Shown piece by piece: positions 27,420 to 32,000 of a DNA stretch of 32,000 nt (its first letter is position 1; every line of letters starts with the position of its first letter). The DNA comes from Candidatus Iainarchaeum sp. (lineage in GTDB: Archaea; Iainarchaeota; Iainarchaeia; Iainarchaeales; CSSED10-239). The stretch is taken from contig JBBISB010000001.1 of the NCBI GenBank assembly GCA_037441475.1, forward strand, positions 637,465 to 669,464. Reading direction: 5' to 3'. The position numbers and the translations under genes were made by a program. The notes under the pieces are model-generated. The model was not told the origin of the DNA. It made no database searches and was given only the letters and a program-made list of their open reading frames with translations.

Positions 27420-27754
27420 AATGGTTTATGGTAAAAAAAATAATTGTAACAACTGGTCTTGAAATACCAAAAAGAGAAATTGTAGAAATCTTAGGCTTAG
27501 TTAAAGGAAATACAGTAAGAGCAAGAAACATAGGTAGAGATATTGGAGCTGGTCTTAGAAACTTAGTTGGTGGAGAGGTTAAGACCTACACTGAAATGAC
27601 AATTCAAGCAAGGGAAGAAGCTTACAATAGAATGGTAAATGAAGCAATTGATTTAAAGGCAGATGCAATTATTGGTGTTAGTTTTTCAACATCCATGGTT
27701 ATGCAAGGAGCATCAGAAATGCTTGCTTATGGAACTGCTGTTAAATTAAAGTAG
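27416..27754 (+). CDS. YbjQ/UPF0145-family protein (likely start ATG 27428)
   Basis: 'IIVTTGLEIPKREIVEILGLVKGNTVRARNIGRDIGAGLRNLVGGEVKTYTEMTIQAREEAYNRMVNEAIDLKADAIIGVSFSTS' is a near-consensus YbjQ sequence. Confidence 0.92.
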   Translation: MKWFMVKKIIVTTGLEIPKREIVEILGLVKGNTVRARNIGRDIGAGLRNLVGGEVKTYTEMTIQAREEAYNRMVNEAIDLKADAIIGVSFSTSMVMQGASEMLAYGTAVKLK

Positions 27755-27769
27755 TTTTTAATATCTTGC

Positions 27770-28837
27770 TTGTTTACAAAAAACATTTTTAAAAAAATAA
27801 AACGTGAAATTAATATGAATATAGAAGAAAGATTTAACCTAATAAAAAGAAACACTCAAGAAATAATAAGTGAAGAAGAACTTTTAAAGCTTTTAAAAGA
27901 AAAAGAAAAACCTGTTGTTTACTTAGGAACCTCAGTTACTGGAAGACCACATATAGGGTACTTTACATGGGCTCAGAAGTTAAATGATTTTTTAAACGCA
28001 GGTTTTAAAGTAAAGGTTCTCTTAGCTGACCTGCATGGTGCTTTAGACAACACTCCTTGGGCTTTACTTGATAAAAGATATGAATACTACTCAATAGTTA
28101 TTAAAGGAATGATTGAGTCCCTTGGTGGAGATTTAAATAACATTGAAATTGTAAAAGGTTCTGATTTTCAATTATCTAAAGAATATGTTTTAGACCTATA
28201 CAAAATGTCTTCAGAAGTAACTGTTAGAAATGCAGAAAAGGCATCCAGTGATGTTGTAAAGCAAGGAGAAAACCCTAAGATATCTGGTCTTTTATATCCA
28301 TTAATGCAGGCACTTGATGAAGTTCATTTAGAGGTTGATGTTCAATTAGGGGGAGTTGATCAAAGAAAAATATTTGTTCTTGCAAGAGAGTTTTTGCCAA
28401 AGCTTGGAGAGAAACCTAGAGTTGAAGTTATGATTCCTTTTATAAGAGGCTTAACCCCTGATGGGAAAATGTCTTCTTCAAACCAAGCTTCTAAAATAGA
28501 TTTAATAGATGATTATGAAACTATTAAAAACAAGCTTAAGAAAGCATACTGTGAAGAAGGAAATATTGAAAATGGTGTTTTAGACTTTGCAAAGTTATTA
28601 ATAATGACACAAAAGCAAGATAAAAATCAAGAGTTTGTAATTGATAGGCCAGAAAAGTTTGGTGGACCTTTAAGGTTTAAGACACAAGAGGATTTACAAG
28701 AGGCCTTTGCATCAAAAGCCTTACATCCAATGGACCTTAAGTCAGGAGTTGCTGAAGAAGTTAATAAACTTTTAGAGCCTATTAGAAGAAAGTTTGAAGG
28801 AAAAGAACAATTAATAAAAGAGGCGTACCCTGAATAA
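27770..28837 (+). CDS. tyrS: Tyrosyl-tRNA synthetase, archaeal type (likely start ATG 27815)
   Basis: 'YLGTSVTGRPHIGYFTWAQKLNDFLNAGFKVKVLLADLHG', 'GLLYPLMQALDEVHLEVDVQLGGVDQRKIFVLARE' and 'GKMSSSN'. Confidence 0.93.
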   Translation: MFTKNIFKKIKREINMNIEERFNLIKRNTQEIISEEELLKLLKEKEKPVVYLGTSVTGRPHIGYFTWAQKLNDFLNAGFKVKVLLADLHGALDNTPWALLDKRYEYYSIVIKGMIESLGGDLNNIEIVKGSDFQLSKEYVLDLYKMSSEVTVRNAEKASSDVVKQGENPKISGLLYPLMQALDEVHLEVDVQLGGVDQRKIFVLAREFLPKLGEKPRVEVMIPFIRGLTPDGKMSSSNQASKIDLIDDYETIKNKLKKAYCEEGNIENGVLDFAKLLIMTQKQDKNQEFVIDRPEKFGGPLRFKTQEDLQEAFASKALHPMDLKSGVAEEVNKLLEPIRRKFEGKEQLIKEAYPE

Positions 28838-28870
28838 AGATTATGTTTAAAAACTTAACTGTACTTAATA

Positions 28871-28888
28871 TGTGTACAAGTGTACACA
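28871..28888. promoter_or_regulatory. Palindromic operator candidate TGTGTAC-AAGT-GTACACA
   Basis: 7-bp perfect inverted arms separated by 4 nt, ending 12 bp before the likely ATG (28901) of the HTH-nucleotidyltransferase gene. Confidence 0.55.
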
Positions 28889-29479
28889 AATAGTGGTCGT
28901 ATGTTAGACAGATTATTTTCATCAAAAACAAGAATAAACATTTTATCTTTATTAATGTTTAATCAAGATTCTTCCTTTCATCTTAGAGAGATTGCAAAAT
29001 TAACTAAAAGCTTTCCTTCTCAAACTTCTAAGGAATTATCTAATCTTGAATTATTAAATTTAATTATTAAAACAAAAAAAAGTAATCTTTCTATATATAA
29101 AATAAATAAAGATAATCTATTTTTAGCAGACTTAAAAAATATTTTTCTAAAAACTGAGTTTATAGGTTCAAAAATTAAAGAAAAATTAATTAATCAAGTA
29201 GACTTTTGTCTAATTTTTGGATCTTTTGCAAAAGGTATAGAAAATTCAAAAAGTGATCTTGATATATTAATAATATCTGATGTTTTAAAAGAAAATAATT
29301 TATTAAAGATTATTCAAGAGTTAGAAAATGATTTAAAAAGAGATATAAATTATATTTTATGGAGTAATAAAGACTTTATAAAAAAATCAAAAGATAACCA
29401 TTTATTAAAAACAATTAATAAGGATAAGATTATAATGTTAATTGGAGATGAGAATAATTTCAGAAGAAAAATCAATTGA
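28880..29479 (+). CDS. HTH-MNT nucleotidyltransferase (likely start ATG 28901), antitoxin-like partner of HEPN gene
   Basis: 'MLDRLFSSKTRINILSLLMFNQDSSFHLREIAKLTKSFPSQTSKELSNLELLNLI' is a winged HTH. 'DFCLIFGSFAKGIENSKSDLDILIISD' is the MNT GSxxxG...SDxDL motif. Confidence 0.85.
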   Translation: MYTNSGRMLDRLFSSKTRINILSLLMFNQDSSFHLREIAKLTKSFPSQTSKELSNLELLNLIIKTKKSNLSIYKINKDNLFLADLKNIFLKTEFIGSKIKEKLINQVDFCLIFGSFAKGIENSKSDLDILIISDVLKENNLLKIIQELENDLKRDINYILWSNKDFIKKSKDNHLLKTINKDKIIMLIGDENNFRRKIN

Positions 29480-29881
29480 TTGGGAAAGAATAGAAACAAC
29501 TCAAGAGTTTGTTGAAAATTCATTAAAGCATGCTTTTAGGGATTTAGAAACTGCAAGAAAAATGTATACTACTCAAGATTATGATTGGGCGTTGTCTATA
29601 TCTTATAATGCAATGCTTCAGGCTGCAAAATCTTTAATGTTTTTTAAAGGATATCGCCCAACAGGTTATTCTAAACATTTATCAATAATTAATTTTGTTA
29701 AAGAAAATTTTAATTCAAATATTCCTGAAGAAATATTTTTTTTAATTAATAAAACTAGAAAAAAAGACATCAGGTAGTTTATGAAGAAATAAACTTAGTA
29801 AGTAGAGAGGAAGCTGCTTTTATTATAGAAAAAGCAGAATACTTTTTAAATATTGTAGATGAGATAATATATAAGAAATAA
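29442..29881 (+). CDS. HEPN-domain protein, apparent -1 frameshift at A7 run 29759..29765 joins the two halves
   Basis: 0-frame ORF 29442..29777 (...ERIETTQEFVENSLKHAFRDLETARKMYTTQDYDWALSISYNAMLQAAKSLMFFKGYRP...). The -1 frame continues with RHQVVYEEINLVSREEAAFIIEKAEYFLNIVDEIIYKK* (38 codons to 29881). The -1 frame has TAG at 29756..29758, just before the run. Confidence 0.78.
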
Positions 29882-29921
29882 CTTACTTTTAAAAATATAA
29901 TTTAAAAAAGTACGATTTAAT

Positions 29922-31616
29922 ATGCAAGAAACTTTTAAAAATATAATTTTAGAAAATGCTGTAAAGTATAAGGGAAAAGCAGAAATTAAGTTTATTTTAG
30001 GAACATTTTTAAAAGACTTTCCTGAATATAGACAAAAAACAAAAGAATTAACAGAAGAGCTTTTACCATTAATAGAAGAGATTAATAACTTGTCTTTAGA
30101 AAAACAACAAGATCTTTTAAAAGAAATTAATCCTTCTTTCTTTGAAAAAAAAGAAAAAGAAGAGAGAAACATCTTTGCCTTCCTTAATATCAAAGAAGGA
30201 GAAAAAGTAATTTCTTGTTTTCCTCCTGGTCCTGAAAAATATCCACATATAGGTCACTCTAAAGCAGTTTTACTTAATTATCTTTTAACAAAACAATATA
30301 ATGGAGAATTTTATTTAAGGTTTGAAGATACAAACCCTAAGCTTGTTAAGCCTGAGTTTTATACAATTATGCAAGAGGATTTTAAATGGCTTGGTGTTGA
30401 ATGGTCAAGAGTTGAGTATGCTTCTGATTATATAGATCTGATGAAGGAGATGGCAGAAAAGTTAATTTTAAAATCACAAGCATATGTTTGTTTCTGTTCT
30501 CCTGAAGATATGAGTAAGAATAGAGAAACATCAACTGCATGTGAGTGTAGGAAAGTATCTCCTCAAGAAAACTTAATCAAATGGAAGGAAATGGAAGGTT
30601 ATCCTGAAGGAAAAGCTTCTTTACGTTTAAAAATAGATTTAAAACATAAAAATTCAAGAATGAGAGATCCTTCAATCTTTAGAGTAATAGATTGTGAGCA
30701 TCCAAGAATAGGTTACAAGCATAGAAATTATCCTACTTATGATTTTCAAAATGCTGTTTTAGATGGTTATTTTAAAACAACTCATAGACTAAGAACTGTT
30801 GAGTTTGAGATGGCTTCAGAGCTTCATCATTATATTAGAAAAATTTTAGGTCTTTATGATACATATACTTATGAGTTTGCAAGAATGAATCTTGAGGGAA
30901 TGTTATCTTCTGGAAGAGCTATTAGAGAAAAGATTGAATTCGGAGAGCTTATAGGTTGGGATGATCCTTCTCTTCCTACTCTGCGTGCACTTAAAAGAAG
31001 AGGTTTTACAGCAGAGGCTATCAAGCAAATGGTTATTGAGTCTGGAATTACAAAGTCTTCTGGTTCTCTGCTTACATGGGATACAATTATTAAGTATAAT
31101 AAAAGAGTTTTAAATGATTCTTCAAAAAGATTTTTCTGTATAAAGGAACCTATTGAAATAACAATTGAAAATGATCCTTGTAAGAAATATTATCTTCCTC
31201 TTCATCCTGCTCTAAATCTTGGACAAAGAAACTTTTCTTCAAATGGTGTTTATTTAATAGAGAAAGAAGATTTTGATTATTTTAAGGAAGGAAATCTTGT
31301 AAGGCTTATGGATAATGTTAATTTTAGGGTAAATGATGGAAAGTTTGTTTTTGATTCTGAGGATTATTTATATTTTAAAAATGAACTTGCAGAAAATAAA
31401 AAAATAATACATTTCCTTCCAAAAGACCCTTCTCAATTAATAGATATTACAATCTTTACTCCTGAACATCAAACAATACAAGCAAAGGCTGAAAAAACTA
31501 TTGAACAGTTGTCTGTTGGAGATATTGTTCAGTTTGAGAGATTTTGTTTTGCAAGACTTGATTCTTTAGAGGAAAAGGAAGGAAAGAAGGTTTATAACTT
31601 TTGGTTTACACACTAG
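29922..31616 (+). CDS. gltX: Glutamyl-tRNA synthetase, archaeal/eukaryotic-type class
   Basis: 'FPPGPEKYPHIGHSKAVLLNYLLTKQYNGEFYLRFEDTNPKL', 'FEFARMNLEG'-like segment (TYEFARMNLEGMLSSGRAIREKIEFGE), C-terminal beta-barrel ending 'VQFERFCFARLD...FWFTH'. Confidence 0.95.
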   Translation: MQETFKNIILENAVKYKGKAEIKFILGTFLKDFPEYRQKTKELTEELLPLIEEINNLSLEKQQDLLKEINPSFFEKKEKEERNIFAFLNIKEGEKVISCFPPGPEKYPHIGHSKAVLLNYLLTKQYNGEFYLRFEDTNPKLVKPEFYTIMQEDFKWLGVEWSRVEYASDYIDLMKEMAEKLILKSQAYVCFCSPEDMSKNRETSTACECRKVSPQENLIKWKEMEGYPEGKASLRLKIDLKHKNSRMRDPSIFRVIDCEHPRIGYKHRNYPTYDFQNAVLDGYFKTTHRLRTVEFEMASELHHYIRKILGLYDTYTYEFARMNLEGMLSSGRAIREKIEFGELIGWDDPSLPTLRALKRRGFTAEAIKQMVIESGITKSSGSLLTWDTIIKYNKRVLNDSSKRFFCIKEPIEITIENDPCKKYYLPLHPALNLGQRNFSSNGVYLIEKEDFDYFKEGNLVRLMDNVNFRVNDGKFVFDSEDYLYFKNELAENKKIIHFLPKDPSQLIDITIFTPEHQTIQAKAEKTIEQLSVGDIVQFERFCFARLDSLEEKEGKKVYNFWFTH

Positions 31617-31805
31617 AGTCCCTTTAGAAAAGCGGCTTCACCCGGAAAGGAGTCACTTTAGAAAAGCGGCTTCACCCGGAAAGGAGTCTCTTTAGAAAAG
31701 CGGCTTCACCCGGAAAGGAGTCACTTTAGAAAAGTGGCTTCACCCGGAAAAGAGCCCCTTTGGAAAAGTGGCTTCACCCGTAAAGGAGTTCCTTTAGAAG
31801 AACTG
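31616..31805 (+). repeat. 34-bp tandem repeat array: five full units plus a partial sixth
   Basis: Unit GAGTCnCTTTAGAAAAGCGGCTTCACCCGGAAAG starts at 31616, 31650, 31684, 31718, 31752 and 31786 (partial), exactly 34 bp apart. Confidence 0.95.
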
Positions 31806-31828
31806 TTTTCGGTCAGTTCACACCCAAT

Positions 31829-31858
31829 GGTTTTTCATTTCCTCTGGAAAGAAAAACT
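31829..31858. other. Long imperfect inverted repeat (stem-loop candidate)
   Basis: GGTTTTTC-A-TTTCC-TCT-GGAAA-GAAAAACT: 13 pairs with a single bulged A and a 3-nt loop (outermost pair is G:T). Confidence 0.55.
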
Positions 31859-31914
31859 AATGTTAATTTGTTTAAGAAAAAACTATATTTGTTGGACATT
31901 AAAATGGTAAGTGC

Positions 31915-32000
31915 ATGATTTCAGAAATTTATAAAGATATTTTTAAAATTACTGGAGAATCAAATCTTTATTTTCTAAAAAAAGAAAATATTGTTATTGA
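31915..32000 (+). CDS. 5' end of a CDS truncated by the window, possibly a metallo-beta-lactamase-fold hydrolase
   Basis: Translation MISEIYKDIFKITGESNLYFLKKENIVI... is open to the window edge and resembles N-termini of MBL-fold proteins ('iykI.G.SNvYli...nivID'). Confidence 0.4.
   Translation, partial: MISEIYKDIFKITGESNLYFLKKENIVI

Noticed and set aside
29846-30193. Minus-strand ORF (115 aa) opposite the gltX start
   Set aside because: Antisense to a strongly supported gltX N-terminus, with Phe/Ser-rich antisense composition.
31616-31805. 34-bp repeats as a CRISPR array
   Set aside because: Units are directly abutting with no unique spacers, and no cas-like genes are seen nearby. This is a head-to-tail tandem repeat.

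Overview
AT-rich archaeal chromosomal window. The gene content (L15e, TFB, Trm5-like MTase, class III signal peptides, archaeal-type TyrRS and GltX) and many short, divergent genes suggest a DPANN-like archaeon; that lineage call is an inference. The core background is an RNase HII fragment, GH3-family and M14/DUF2817-family genes, tRNA-Val(GAC), a Ncs6/TtuA-type thiolase, L15e, TFB, thioredoxin reductase, ScpA and ScpB, a membrane Lon-like protease, Trm5, tRNA-Asn(GTT), a small glycosylation cluster, TyrRS, an HTH-nucleotidyltransferase/HEPN pair and GltX. The most interesting observations are: (1) a ~5.4 kb block of three class III (pilin-like) signal-peptide proteins lying between scpA and scpB, two of them carrying InlB-B-like and BspA/DUF285 repeats, with near-identical DNA blocks and a duplicated promoter; (2) two genes, one of them the HEPN gene, whose reading frame shifts by -1 exactly at an A7 run, with the new frame opening only at that run; (3) a phosphoribosyltransferase gene missing from the ORF track because of an in-frame TAA at codon 10; (4) an untracked 59-aa beta-grasp-like ORF upstream of the thiolase that lacks a terminal Gly-Gly; (5) a phased 34-bp tandem repeat starting at the gltX stop codon; (6) a HerA-like protein with an apparently degraded P-loop. 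No CRISPR array, rRNA or clear transposase was seen. Family names come from motif recognition by eye, not from database searches.
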